Source of the DNA: Lingula anatina
Taxonomy: Eukaryota > Animalia > Brachiopoda
DNA: 64,000 nucleotides
Assembly (NCBI GenBank): GCA_051362555.1
Contig: CM120647.1
Coordinates: forward strand, 5,518,001 to 5,582,000
Reading direction: 5' to 3'
Position 1 is the first letter of the stretch. Every line of letters begins with the position of its first letter. Of the stretch, positions 12,484-26,631 are shown piece after piece. The notes under the pieces are model-generated. The model had not been told where the DNA came from and made no database searches. It saw only the letters and a list, made by a program, of their open reading frames with translations. The position numbers were made by a program, and so were the translations under genes.

Positions 12484-14600
12484 TTTTTATGTACAGACAC
12501 AGATGTGTCTGTACATATTGCCATCACCTGCGTCTGTCGTCGCCGTCGCCGTCGCCGATGCCGATGCCGGCGCCGTGCACTTTCCTTGTAAACACGATAA
12601 GTGGAGGGCAGTTTTACTTTTTGGCTTAATATTTACAGAGCTGATGAATATTCATAAAACGCAGGTCAAGTTCGAAAACCAGCATGATCGGGCCATTATT
12701 GTAGAAGTTATGCTGTTTTTTCACTTTTCAGCATATATGCAACCTTGTAAACACATTTTAAGGAAAACCGTTAGGCCTGTTGTCATGAAACTCACAGGAG
12801 TAATCAATCTTACTAAAACGCAGGTCAAGTTCGAAAATCGGCATGATCGGGCCACTATTTTAGTAGTTATGCTGTTTTTTCATTTTTCAGCATATATACA
12901 ACACTGTAAACACAATATAAGAAAAACAGATAGGCCAATTGTCTCACAGGAGTGGTCAATCTTACTAAAACACAGGTTGAGTTCGAAAATCAGCATAATC
13001 GGGCCATTATTTTAGAAGTTATGCTGTTTTTTCAAATTTCCTCAGATTCAACTGTTAGGCATGTTAACAGTCTCATTAATGAACTAATAAGATACGTAAA
13101 AGTGTTTGTTTGACATTTCCTGCATCTTTACAACATTGTTAGTTGATTATGTAAAAATGATGGTAAACTTGTTATCGTGTATTGTGTAATAAAGTTTCCA
13201 AAATGGAAATAAACTCATATCATTGCAGTTTGTCAGATTCAATCATTCACTATGTTCAGAATCTCAGAATGGAGGAAATTGGACATTTAACACTGTTGTA
13301 TTGATATTTTTCCCATCTCATCAATTTTCTTAGTTGATCGTATAAAAATGGCAGTAACCTGTTAATTTTGTTTTATGTTAAAAAAAGTGTTAAAAATGGA
13401 AAAAAAAACATTTCAGAACAGTGCTGTCTTGTTTACATTCTGGCATTTTCAAGTTGTGACTTTGAAGTTCCATGGGCCTGAAGACCTTTGCTAGTCACAT
13501 TTTCTGAATATCCATGATACTAATATTTCATTATTAAAAATTGATGGTCATTATGCTGTTAAACATTATGTAATATTGCATCAAAATTTGAAAAAAAACT
13601 ATTTTGGGCACTGCTCCCATGATGACCATTTAAGAAAAACCATGTCACTTACTGTTCTCAAACAGTACAGTAAATATGTACAGATGTGTCTGTACATATT
13701 GCCATCACCTGCGTCTGTCGTCGCCGTCGTCGCCGGTGCCGACACCGTGCACTTTCATTGTAAACATGATAAGTGGAAGGCAGTTTTACTTTTTGGCTGT
13801 ATATTTACAGAGCTGATGAATATTCATAAAACGCAGGTCAAGTTAAAAAATCAGCATGATCGGGCCATTATTGTAGAAGTTATGCTGTTTTTTCACTTTT
13901 CAGCATATATGCAACACTGTAAACACATTTTAAGGAAAACCGATAGGCCTGTTGTCATGAAAATCACAGGAGTAATTGATCTTACTATAACACAGGTCAA
14001 GTTCGAAAATCGGCATGTTCCACGGGCTCGCTAGTCCCATGCTAGTCACATTTTCTGAAAATCCATGATACGTGTATTTTATTATTAAAAATTAACAGTC
14101 ATTTTGCTGTTAACCATTATGTAATATTGCATCAGAATAGAAGAAAACACAATTTTGGGTGCTGCTGCCAAGATGACCATTATGGGAAAACCATGTTACT
14201 TATGATTGTCAAACTTTCAAAAAAGAAATACAGGACTAAAATGCAGAGTAATTGATCTTACTAAAACGCAGGTCAAGTTCAAAAATCGGCATGATCGGGC
14301 CACTATTTTAGTAGTTATGCTTTTTTTTTTCACTTTAGGCCAATTGTCATTAAACTCACAGGAGTGGTCATTCCTGCTTAATCGCAGGTTGAGTTAAAAA
14401 ATCAGCATAATCGGGCCATTATTTTAAAGAAATGCCGTTTTTATGTACAGACACAGATGTATTTTACCTGTTGAGCATAATTAAAATTTGATGTTGAATT
14501 TGCAGTTTAACAAAATGTACTTTTGCATCAGAATTGACAGTAGCCTTTTTTGTTATTTCCTGCTTTTTGTCTGTACATTTGACAGCTTTGCTGCCTTGTT
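12484..14600. mobile_element. Compound HINE element, same family as 2903-4939
   Basis: Same termini and ~160-bp repeat units. 5' ends restart near 13676 and 14440; 3' end TGTCTGTACATTTGACAGCTTTGCTGCCTTGTT at 14568-14600. Confidence 0.75.
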
Positions 14601-14779
14601 GAATCTTACATCTTACTCTGTTTGTTGAATTATCAACATTTGTAGCAGCCCTCCTCAGGTTTGACTGTCTAGACAAGTGACCTATCCTGGATTTTTGGTC
14701 CAAAGCTCAGTTTGAATTTCTTGGAGAGAGTGAGCCAAGAAGTGAGGGGGAAACAATGTGGGTGAAAGTATATTGTGGG

Positions 14780-15500
14780 ACAGATTGTTGATGCCCATCA
14801 TTGTGTTTTTAATTTGGTGAATAAGCCAAGTATAAATTCCAATTCATTTTCAATTTTCATCAAATCTCCCCCTAACATAACATTTAAGTGATGATTGTCG
14901 TCTACCACCTTAGCTAGATTTGTCAGACGTTCTTGTTGTCCTTGAAAAAAGCTTTTAGATAGATCCATACTTTGAACTAAATTTGGAAAAAGCAGTTAGA
15001 GCCTTCTGTTGTCTAGTTTGCAGAATGTTTACATGCTCTATTACCTTGTTAAGTTGTTCGTCTGTTGCAACACCAAACAGACTGTTCGCAACCTTACCAA
15101 TAATGGGAAGGACTGCCCTCTTCCGCCTATCTCCTCCTTTAAATGTAACGTTACTAAAATTAACTTGAAAAATCTTATCCGTTCTCTTTTGCAGGGCTCT
15201 TAATTCTCTACCCATTTGACGGTATGTGCGCATACCTTCATCTATCGCCCTACCTATTATCTTACAGGTCTTTTCTTCAAATCGCCTAGCACAGTTATAC
15301 CCAAAGCTAGACTCTAAGGGGAGGGTCGGCAAATGAATTAACATAGTGTGCAGCCAATAACCATGCACCAGCCTGACTGTCCCTTCGTTGTGAATCATCA
15401 CCCCATAGTTGATTCTGGTTTGGGCATGGGCACTGGGGGTTATTATCAGCATTAGTCCGAGGGTAAAAACTACTCCAAAGGGTACAGCCCATGGTCCTGA
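14780..15500 (-). pseudogene. env-like class I fusion protein remnant (baculovirus F / errantivirus type)
   Basis: ORF 14955..15452: hydrophobic leader, RINYGV, WLHTMLIHLP, basic site RRKR followed by fusion-peptide-like AVLPIIGKVANSLFGVAT and a heptad region. Lies downstream of integrase and is truncated by a stop. Confidence 0.7.
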
Positions 15501-15799
15501 AGAAAGAGAAATTATGAAAAGTATGAAGGGTCATTTTATACCTATCCTTTTATAGATAAGAAGAATCTGTGAGAAGGTTGGCCAATAGGCATAAAATCAA
15601 AGAGAAGAAGAAAGTTTAGGCCAGGACCTTAAAAACTGAAACAATCAAAGGACTGCACACTTGATCATTTTAGTACGGACAATCTTTCTTATGGAAGGTT
15701 GAACATAACCACAAAGATTTATGAACGCGTTACTAGTTTACGCTTCTTTTTCTTCCCTTTCTTTGTTCTATTAGTATGGAACTCCTGGATCAACAAATA

Positions 15800-16477
15800 G
15801 GGCACTTTGTGTGCCTTTACCAAAGTGGACTTCTTGGCATTTTTCCATTTAATTCTGTACTATTTTTCTCCCTTTAACATTCATAACACAAAATTTTCTC
15901 AGCTTCGTCTGCTTCAAGATTTTCACTTTCTACGGTGTTTGGGGCAATGTTCTCAGTTGGGATTTCATCTTCGTGATTATCATTCAACTCTTGGTCTTCT
16001 CTGTCACTGTCATTCTGATGACTGGGATTGTTAATTGGGGCATTTGGGGGTATTGGGTCACCTGTAGGGTTATCAAGTACTACTTCTTGTCTAAGGTCTC
16101 TTTCTTTGTGCGGCCAGATCATTTACTGGGACATTCTGGGGTGCTGTGCTGTCAAATTTGGTCCTTATAAATGGATCTTTGTATAATTTGAGGCGGTTGG
16201 CATTTACAGGGGTTCTCAAGAGTTTGTTTGTAGAACACTCTCTTAACTGATAGGTGGCATCACCTAGCACTTTCGTTATGTAATAGGGCCCTAGAAACTC
16301 TAAGTTGAGCTTTGACGTTAACCCTTTTGGAGTCCTTTCATTCTTTAACATCACTCTATCCATCTCAGAGTAACGGGGCTTCCTAGTTTTTCTGTTGTGG
16401 TATTTTATGTTCTGATATTGAGAATCCAATTTAATTTTGGCTGCTGCTTTTCTGCCTTTGTTAATAGACTCTAGCCG

Positions 16478-16555
<78 letters not shown>

Positions 16556-17875
16556 CAGCTACTTTGGAGGATAAGTCATTTTTTGGTAACAACTCATGAT
16601 CTAAAGGTGTTAACATCTCTCTTCTGAACAGTAGGAAAAATGGAGAATAACCTGTTCCTTCTGCAGGAGAACTTCTGTATGCCATTAACACAGATTCTAG
16701 ATGATCAGACCAATCTGATTTATCATTTTCTACACTGGGGTGTTCCAGTACCTTATTCATCAGCTGTGTAGGCTGACCCATGGAATTTTGTTGCATATCT
16801 GCAAATTTACTCATTACATCAGTTACATCTGCAGTTTTCACGGGAGCAGACAAGGGTGCTACTGTTTCTAGTTTTTAGTTTCTAATTGTGGAGGCAGCTT
16901 CTGCCAAAGTGGCTGACGCCTCCAAGTCTTTTAGATTTTGGGGGTTTTGCATCATTACAGCTGATCTAACAGTGGGTTTTAACCCATTAATAATAGCAGC
17001 TACTATATGCTGCTCAGGCAAATTTACCCGCCTTCCCATTTGGATAAGTTTTGCTATAAAATCCCTAACTCTTTCATCACCCTGTCTGCTGGCAAAAATA
17101 GCTGCCGTTAAGGATATAACAGAAGTGGGACTTGGCCCATATCTGAGTAAAAAAGGCTTTCTTAACTGTACAAAAATTTGACTTTTCTCTTAGTCATGTA
17201 CTAATTTTTTGCGTTATCAGTAAGTAAATAGGCAAAATGTGATAATTTCATACTGTCACTATATTGCATGAGATTACAATACTCCTCAAATCTGTGTAAC
17301 CATTCAGTAGCCATTTCATTTTCATCCCCCCTGAATGGCAAGGGTGATAAATGCTGTGGCATACTAATTACCACTGGTGTTGTCATTGGAGGATTCCTCA
17401 CTGGCTGTACCATTGGTAGAGGTGGAGGTGCCAATTCTGGTGGTGGCAGTGCTAGGGGTGATTTGTCTTGAGTTTGTAAAGACGCTGGTGCTGGAGGCTG
17501 TTGATCTGCCAATACCTGGGGCTGGGGCTGCAGTGCCACCTCAGCTGGTTGTTGAGGTTGCTGCTGCTGGTGGCCTGGATGGGCCGGGGGTTGATTCTGA
17601 GGTGCCTCCTCTGCTGGTTGCTGAGGCTGGGGGTTTGGCAGCTCTAACTGCTGTTGAGGTGGCTGTGGGTCCACTGCTGAAGCTGGGGATGGGGGTCTTG
17701 GTATCTCACCTACTGGTTCCACTGGGGGTGGAGTGACTACTATTTGCTGCAGTAGTCTCTGTTGCTGCGGCTGCCCTCGTGCCGTCTGTCGGGCAGCTTT
17801 TCTCTGTTCTAGCTGCACAGCTGTTTCTTGTGCCGCCCCCCCTTCCTGCTGTGTTCTTGGGGACACTCTCCTCAT
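15800..17875 (-). mobile_element. Gypsy LTR retrotransposon remnant: gag fused by deletion to integrase C-terminal part
   Basis: ORF 17201..17875 is Pro/Gln-rich, then PLPFRGDENEMATEWLHRFEEYC (gag). 16461..16740 DWSDHLESVLMAYRSS...TGYSPFFLLF (integrase). 16091..16429 FLGPYYITKV (GPY/F module). Decayed chromodomain-like segment near 15810-15900. A (TA)n run is inserted at 16482-16552. Confidence 0.85.
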
Positions 17876-20439
17876 TTTACTTTGCCCAGATGGCCTTCCA
17901 CCAGTATGAGAGTTTTAAAACCACGTATATATAATACTGGTCACATGTGTACTCGTGTGCTTGGCGAAAGCAAGAGGCAGAACACCAGCTTGGGAGAGAG
18001 AGAGAGAACAGTTTTATACAACTGGACTGCAGATCACATACATCTCCTTACTGCTGCTTCAAGCGAGTCACTCTGTACTCATCTGCTAGTACCAGTGTAA
18101 GAGCTAACAACAGTCTACTTCTTGGTTACCAACCTGTTACTTCTTATACTTTTAATTTGAGTGGGAGTAGTTCTACAACTCCATTGGTCAATTGACCACC
18201 AGAAAAACATCATTTCCTATAGCAATAAACTGGTGGACATAACTGATAAGTTACTCTTATGGTCACTTTTAGTGATTGTTGTCGGCTGTCCACATGCTAT
18301 GTAACTTTTATGGTGGCAATATATTTATGACCAATAGCTAGATGAATGGTTAGAAATCAGGAGACGAGTCATAAATCAGAACCAATAATGACCATACGTT
18401 ATTGGTGGTCAATACATATCTTAATTACATGGAGACAGGTGGTGATTCATAAATGAAGTCAACCAAACAGGTATTCTTAATGACTTCAATCTGATATTTC
18501 AACTGTTACCACATAATTAAATAAACTTTAAAAGTTTGCTTTTTGAGTTATGACATTAATTTGAGGAGTGGTCTGTATTTCTTTGTCGTCAGACGAGTCG
18601 CTTGATGAAGGCAAGTGGCGACGTGAAAGTTTGTTTCTCACACACTTCTCTTTGGTTATAGAGGGAGCAGGTGAAAAGTTTGGTGTCCTTGTATAGAATT
18701 TTATTGATTGTTTTGGAAGTGTTTCTGATGTCTTACCTTCCAGACCCTCGATTTTCTTCTTTTCTATTGCTTTTCATCTATTTGATTTCCCTTTCATTAC
18801 TAATTATAATTAGTATAAGCGTAAGTAATTCTTTTACAACATACACCCTTTCTTCAAAAGAATTCGTCCTCAAATTTTAAAACTTTACAACATACACTCC
18901 TTTTTTGATTTTTTTTCAAGCAGAGCACATACTGAATAACATAAAGTTCGCATATCATTTAATCATAAACTCGTCATATTATCTTAGTGAAATAAAAATG
19001 TTATACTAGACATCAATCTGTTTCATGCATCAATGTTCAATGTATGTACAAATAGGACATTGTGTCATAACATTTATTGTAAAAACACAATTATTGTCAA
19101 TTTTCATTATTTTAAGAATACGTCATCGAAATCTATTATAGGATATAACTCTATCTTTATTCAGTAGTAATTCAGTATAATATTTAACAGCAATAATTAC
19201 ACGCCTGAGGTCATATTTGTTTTTTTATTAGTTTTTTTGGACTGTTAGTACGGTTCGTAGCTAACAAACAATGCTCTCTGGGGATCTTGGCTTAGCGTAT
19301 TCGGTGTCGTCCTCAGTGAGGTCAATGACAATTGGGGAGCTTCACGGTTTGTGTCGTCGTCATAGTCGTCGTCACTGATAATGATTCTGGGCGATTTGAG
19401 ATTGACTTTCGTCCATTAACCTCGAATCTGTTAAAAGTTTGGCTGATGCGAATGTATGCAATCGTGTCGCTTCTTTGAAGAAAACTGACGGTGACCGTTG
19501 TTGAATAACTTGATTTATTAGACTGCATTTGTGAATACCAGTTTTTTTTTGTATTTAATATCAGGTAGATTTTCGTCTTCGTCGGACGATTCACTGCTAG
19601 ACAACGAAATGTCACTTTTTCTCACTTTTGCCTTCTGACTTATTTTCAATAGTTTTTGGCGCAAACGTACAAGTAAAACATGGCGTGCCCGTGAACAACG
19701 TTGGTATTTTCTCAGATTTTTGCAGCATCTTACACATACCTTCAATTTTTGAGGTCAACGTTTTTTTTTTTTCTGTACCGCAGTTCTCGTGTTTGCTGCC
19801 GTAGGACTCCGAGTCTCTGGCCGATCAGCTTGCATCGGTTTTCACATTTTCTGTATAGATGTAAAATTTTGTTTCTCTTGACATAAAGTCTCCTGAGTAA
19901 GTAATTATAGGCTAAACTGAATCTCTCAGACAAATGAATTTTCGAAGCAGGCATCCACATTCTACCTTCAAATGAAGCAGCAAACACAAAATGACACAAA
20001 AATGCCACAAAATTCCTTTTTCACTAGAGGTTCTTCCAATGAGGGTCTTCCGCACTTTTTGCCATTTTGAACTGACGCATCAACTTTGATCAGCAGTGTC
20101 GCGAGCTTTGCTGTGGTTCAGGCACTCCTTCCCTCTCATGCCGAGAAGCGCACACTTCTGTCGGTAGAGCAGCCAAGCATTCACGACCATCATTCTGATG
20201 GTGTGCAAAAATATATACATAAACCAGTACTTCACCTTCATTCTTTAAGTGTGCTTGGCACCAAAACAATTGTAGGGGTTAACACCATACATATGCTCTG
20301 TCAGGTAAACAACAGCGCATTTGCATACGTTCTGAATGTCTCCTTTATTATTTTCGAAAGTTTAAGATTTTCCACTGAAAAAAGATCAGTTTTCAGATTA
20401 TCACAGAACATAAATGTCACAGTAATTAATACAATGTAA

Positions 20440-21390
20440 CAGAGAGGTACACGTGTACTTGCCGCCGATTCTTATCTTGGTTAGTTTATGCCGTAACTTG
20501 GTGCATTTATGGTATCAGAGCTTTGTTTGCAGTCCACGGAACATCAACACAGTCATTCCCCACAATAAATCTACTAACTACAACGTCCAGTGCTTAAAAC
20601 GCTTCCGCACACTCTCCTCTCTCTCTCTCCTTTTTTCGATCTCCACACCCAGGAGAGCTTGATTCTCTGACATGCTCGTAACTGCTGGCCTCTGAACATG
20701 AACGTGTTCCCGCTATGTCTTGTCTTATCGCTTCATAGTATTTGTGGGGTCAATGCCACAAACAGTTGACAGTGTTGTCACTGCTCTGGTGCCATACCAA
20801 GGAACGGCAACAACGTTAGTTCCTTTTTCAACACTTTGATCCATTGTGCCCCTTCTTGTCTTTTTCATTTCCTTTTCATCCTGAAGGTGCACACCGGACA
20901 GTCGATTTGGACGGACCGTGCCAGTGTAGTGAATTCCAATTTCCTTCAACTTTTCATGTAAAGGCGCCTTGTAAAGAAGTTGTCTGCAGTGATTTTATTA
21001 TTCAATGGTAGTTGACCGGGTACATTTCGCAGTAATGTCTTGCACAGCTTCAAAGATAACATCAGCTACCACACCAAGGGGGCATATTTTCCGCACATGC
21101 CCGATTGCCCTGGTACACTTGGAAGTCGTACATAATTCCAGTAGACCCAGCCCTGATCCAGACTTTTATGCCCCATGGGTGCAGCTTTCCCTCGACATAC
21201 TGCTTAATCTTACTGAATTTCCCTTTGAAGGCTATCAGCATCTCGTCGACTGAATTGTCTTCTTCTGGAACTAAATTCAATCAGTTTTGACGAAAAATGT
21301 CCAGCCATGGATGGATTTTCCACAATTTGCCTTGCTTCGTTTCTTCAGAAGTGGCACTGGCATCAACAAAACGGATCATAGACAACAGCA
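20440..21390 (-). pseudogene. Third piggyBac transposase remnant (PGBD2/3-like)
   Basis: ORF 21062..21280 SVDEMLIAFKGK...HPWGIKVW and ORF 20725..20949 GIHYTGTVRPNRL, with many frameshifts. Confidence 0.8.
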
Positions 21391-21603
21391 GTAGTGAATT
21401 TTCTTGTGCCCAGGTCCTCCACCACTTGTTGTAGTGAGGAATAACGACAACAGTCTGGAGGTTTCAACGTTTATTCATCGACTATAACAAGTGGTGGAGG
21501 ATCGTTGTCGTTATAACAGTTCACATACCAAAGTGCTAAAGGAGGACAAAGGACAAAACCATACTGATAAAACTAGCATACCCTCCCTATCGCCAGTAAT
21601 CAG

Positions 21604-21915
21604 GGCCCAGTTTTATAAAGGTTGTTTAGCACTAACTAGTGGATAAGCCTAATCAGTGGATAAATTCTCCTAACACCCATTAACTAAAAGATGGTTAAAT
21701 GTGTTTCATATACAGTGTTCAAACAGCCAATTAGTTAAATGGTCAGTGTTTAACTGGAGAAAATATTTACTTAAAGGTCAGGACTGAACGGACTGTTTAA
21801 ACACAGTTCATGAAACAATTTCATCCGTCATTTAGATAACAGGGCTTAGGAGAATTTTTCCACTGGTAAGAGTTAAACACTGGTTAGTGCTAAACGTCCT
21901 TTATAAAACTGGGTC
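21604..21915. mobile_element. MITE, PIF/Harbinger-like
   Basis: Imperfect ~38-bp TIRs GGCCCAGTTTTATAAAGG..TTTAGCACTAAC and GTTAGTGCTAAA..CCTTTATAAAACTGGGTC, flanked by CAG on both sides. Confidence 0.7.
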
Positions 21916-22061
21916 CAGATTGTTAATGGGGGCATCTGCATATCAGATTTAACTGCACTTTGTCGTCTGCTGTGCTTACTGTTATCAAAAGTCTCCACTT
22001 TTCCCTGAAAAGAGTCATAGGCAGTGTTTTGGGGCATTTTCACCAAAAAAATCCACCTTTC

Positions 22062-22330
22062 AAACGCAGGGTGCTCACAGTGTGTTCCTTTGAAACGCAG
22101 GGTGCTCACAGTGTGTACCTCTGAAACGCAGGGCGCTCATACATGTAATGTGTACCTCTGAAACGTGGGGAGCTCACAGTGTGTACAGTACCTCTGAAAC
22201 GCAGGGTGCTCACACTGTATACCTCAGAAACGCGGGGTGCTCACAGTGTGTATCTCTGAAACGCAGGGTGCTCACAGTGAGTAACTCTGAAACGCAGGGT
22301 GCTCACAGTGTACCTCTAAAACGCGGGGTA
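22062..22330. repeat. ~30-bp minisatellite, about 9 copies
   Basis: Repeated CTCTGAAACGCAGGGTGCTCACAGTGTGTA variants. Confidence 0.9.
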
Positions 22331-23015
22331 CATGTCCTCACAGCGTGAACGGCGCAAACTTCCTTTGTATTTATTCACTTTTTATTGGTATCGCCATTTT
22401 AATATTACTGCGTACGTACTGGGCTTCCGGTATACCAGGATGGTCCCTGTCTTGTTGCTATTGTTTTGAATTAGTTACTGCCATACGGCAATTACTGAAG
22501 GAATATTAAGAAAATTATGTTGCTCGGGACAATATTTTTTTCTGTAATGTCTGTAAAAGATGATTATTAAGTTATGAAAAATTTAGCTGCGTTTATATTT
22601 TAAGATGCTCAGTTTTTACAGTAATTAAGAAGTAAACATTGTGAATATTGAACATACGACATTGGAATCATTGTGAGTTGACGTTAAGGAGTTTGATTAC
22701 CATATTCTTAGTATTTTTTAATATTTATATAGTGTTCGTCATGTTGTTATATCAGGTGCTTTGTTGGCATTGTTATACAGTTGTATATGCTACGCAAAAT
22801 ACCCACCGCGTAGAACGGTTTTCTTTCACTAGAGGCAGCTTTCTGTCCGAACATTGTAATGTTTGAACTTTCCATATAAAATCCCAGTGATAATAAAAAA
22901 AGGTGGATAAAATGCTTTGTTTCATTGCTCGTTTTGTGATGCATGTGATCAATATATTATCAGATTACCTATACGTCGAGTTTTAGTCCTGAGCTATGTC
23001 TACTCCTTGATGATG

Positions 23016-23059
<44 letters not shown>

Positions 23060-26006
23060 AATTTTTGTCTCCATAGCTCCACGCTTAACTACACGTAGGC
23101 AGTAAATTTATGACGATATTATTTGCTTGAACTCTCAATGAATACATACGGTGCATTTATATATAGGCTCTCAATACTGTGAACTATGATTCAGCTAGTA
23201 AAAACTCTAATTTCCAGAGGGGACCATCTTCAGAAATAGAAGTGTGGGGGGGGGGGGGGGGACTCCCCCCTAAATCCGCCACTGCATTATTGATCGATCT
23301 CTTTCTCAACATTTTCAGGCACATTTTTGCGTCCCTGACACTCACAGTTACCAAGTACGCTAAATGTGTCTCTTTTTAACGCATTTCAGTAGAATTAAAG
23401 ACACAGACCTATTAGATCACATTTGAAAGCGATTAGATCGGAAATTAATTGAATTTTAGATTCGTTCTCTTTCCATTATCTCATTTTAACGTAAGAAAAT
23501 TACGAATTAATTGAAATTCAGATATGTTCGGAGCGCGTCAAAGGCAAACTGCGCATTAAAGATTTTCCCTGCAGTAAAAGCGAGTTTTCGTGCAAATTCT
23601 GATATTTTGACGGTCCAAAATTGGAATAAAAGGAAAGAAAGAAAGAACAATAAAATGTATGATTGGCCGTTTTTCTGTGTTGGAAATAATCAACGTTTAA
23701 TATCTTTATTTCAATTCCATGCCGGGGAGTTGCCCATAGACACGAACCAAAAAACCAACTTGGCGCGACGTTTCATGTTCCCTTCACTCGTTTTTGATGA
23801 CTTTAAACTCGTCTTTAAACTGATGCTGGGCCATTAAAAGGGCGTTCCTCTTTGAATTACTAATTCCTGCACGTGCACGTAATTTGGTCTACGTACTATG
23901 ATTAATCCGATAAAACATTTTTACTTGTCTTCCTCGAGGGTATCGACAGGAGATAGCGTTGTACCATGGGGGTTGAAGCTCCATTAATTGAGTGAATAAA
24001 TTATGTTGTCGCGATTTGGGTAAACGAGATAAGTATCTAAATGATTCATTGTGATCGTTTTGAATTGTCCCTGATTCCCGTTTTCTGTATCTACATGTTC
24101 TGAAATGCTACTAAAGTTTCCCAATTCAGACCAAAAACAACTATAAAACCCCTCAAATAAAAGTACCTGGCGTTGATAGAAGTTCCTTCTGCACAGGAAG
24201 ACATGGTATTCTAAATGACTGGCAAGCCACTAAAAAATTTAATTAAACTAGATTAAATTAAAAATTGGGTGATACATCGATCCAAATGCAGTGATTAATG
24301 AGTAGGAATTTTTTTTTTTTTCGAGTTAAATCCATTTTAGCAGCCAGACCCCGAATAGGATAATTTTCTGTGAGAGAGAGAGAGAAAATAAACTACATAA
24401 ATAAAGCATCAGAGAACATAAGCTCTGAGTCGTATCGGGCTGAAATTTGTTTGGATCTAACTAAATATGTCCATTAGGTCTGGTCGGAAAATACATTTAG
24501 AAATGAGCATGCTATTCCAAATGTCCCCAAAAAATTACTCTTAGGTCCGATAACTTCATATTCTTTACCTACATGTCCTGACAGAGAGAGAGAGAGAGAG
24601 ACAACAAATAAACTAAGAAAATAAAACATCAGGGAAAACGGGTCCTGTTTAAAATTCTAATATATTGCATACACTGGACCTGGAGGCATATCAAACAATT
24701 ACCTCGGCGTGACGAGGTACGTGACAAATTCTTGACCCTGCTGAGCTTTCACAGGCCCGTAGCCAACAATTTCAAGGGGTGGGGGGTATTTTATCTGAAA
24801 TAGAGGGCCTTAAATTAAAACCTTTGTGTACCTAGATCAGATTTTATACAGAGCGGATCTTTCTCCCCACAAAACGGTGGTTGTTCAAACCCCCCGCCCC
24901 CACCCCCACCCCCTTTGGCTTTGACCAGTTATAGCTGAATACTTATACCTTATTATTTCTTCCGGCCATGAAATATATTGATTAATATTTTTCTAGGAAC
25001 TTATACATGTACCAACTACCGGGTATATGTAACTCTTTTAATCGGGAATGTGAAAGCTAATAGGCAAACATTCATAAGTAACCAAGTCAGTAGGAAGTAT
25101 GTTTGAGGTTCGTTCCCGAGCACGGTGTAATTGCCTTTATAGCCAATATGGGACCATTTCCAGACGCTATCGTACTAACTGTGGATCGATCTATCTCCTA
25201 TGGGGATTCTTGCTAAATTGCAATTAACTTTTTAAAGCGGCTTAGATGCCTGTCACGCCTTTTGAAGCTATAGGGGGTAATTAATTATCGTTTAGCAGCT
25301 TCAGTAGGCGTGCCGGACATCTAATCCGCTTAAGCTGAAAGCACAGAAACCCCTCGGAGATGGATCCATCCTGTTAGATCGATCTAGTTTGGCAACCCAG
25401 TCTATAACGCGCTTGACTTCATTGCTATGTTGTCTGGAACAACGAACAACTAGCGCCACCTGCATAGGCCTGCGATCGATGATAAGGGATTTTGTTCCCC
25501 AAGGAGACTATCGTTTTACGTAGTTCGATCCAATATTGCGTGGATTATCGCTGAATGCAATTAGATTAACAGATAAGCACGCATCCTCTCTTGTATTCAT
25601 CCAATTCAAGTTATCACCAGCTTTTCTATATTGCACTCAACGCTAGGAGGAGTCGAGAACGAGATCACTGGATTAGATTGATCGCTAAGACAGTAACAAA
25701 ATATATCAGTTTCTGCGAGATCACCTACATACCCCAGTACTAGTACAGGTATGGACAAGCACTGTAGAAATATATCCAAATAGATACACGCCCCGATAGA
25801 TACCACAGATACTAATCGTTAGTTAGTTAGTTAGTTAGTCAATTAGTTTTATTCCCACATACCAGTATAATACATATAGGGCCTACATTAAACGGGCAAA
25901 GCGATCCCCATTGTTATTTGTTAAAATAATATACAGCTTTAACCAACATGTTAACTAATATTTACATGTATCCGTAATTCGAGGACTGGCTATATATTTT
26001 GTTTGC

Positions 26007-26045
26007 GCCCCTGACGAGGCCTCAGGGCCGAAACGGCCGTAGGGC
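26007..26045 (+). ncRNA. Minimal type I hammerhead ribozyme motif
   Basis: Stem I GCCC (26007-10) / GGGC (26042-45); core CUGACGA 26011-17; stem II GGCC-UCAG-GGCC; GAAA 26030-33; short stem III closing palindromic CGGCCG; GUA cleavage triplet ending at 26041. Confidence 0.8.
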
Positions 26046-26105
26046 ATGTTTTTATAAAATGGAGAGAAAAGTCTAATTTATTCGTATCCTTGATTTACTA
26101 TATAT

Positions 26106-26175
<70 letters not shown>

Positions 26176-26272
26176 AATCAAGGATAGTATAGTAAATGTA
26201 TATATATATATATATAGTAAATCAAGGATAGGAATAAATTAGACTTTTCTCTCCATTCTCTTCATTTTCTCT

Positions 26273-26567
26273 CTAATTGCTTGCCTCACAAATGCTTATC
26301 AACAGATCTTTTTCATATCAATCTTTAACATGTCAGACTGGGTGTTAAAATTTAATGAAACGCACTTAGTCTTGTCCACTGTTGTGAATAAAGGGACCGA
26401 TAAAACTGATAAAACCGAGTACCGTTGGATATGACCCAGCTACATAGCGATAAAAACGACGTCAAAAAGAAAATTGTATAAATTATATCTAATTTATTCT
26501 TATAAGAATAAATAAGATATAATTTATACAATTTTCTTTTATATATAATTTATAATTTATACAATTT

Positions 26568-26631
<64 letters not shown>

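Noticed and set aside
12419-14034. ORFs 12419..13015 and 13576..14034 with repeated peptides
   Set aside because: They are translations of the HINE internal satellite; the same DNA at 2989-3790 is not kept open.
18200-18900. Possible Penelope remnant (GIY-YIG-like C-terminus near 18430-18480, CTTGATGAAGG motif at 18601)
   Set aside because: Too decayed to support by eye; the hammerhead core and stems are incomplete.
19322-20070. Fragmented minus-strand coding-like region with SSSESSDEDENLP
   Set aside because: Probably a decayed transposon accessory gene; frameshifted and not assignable without a profile search.
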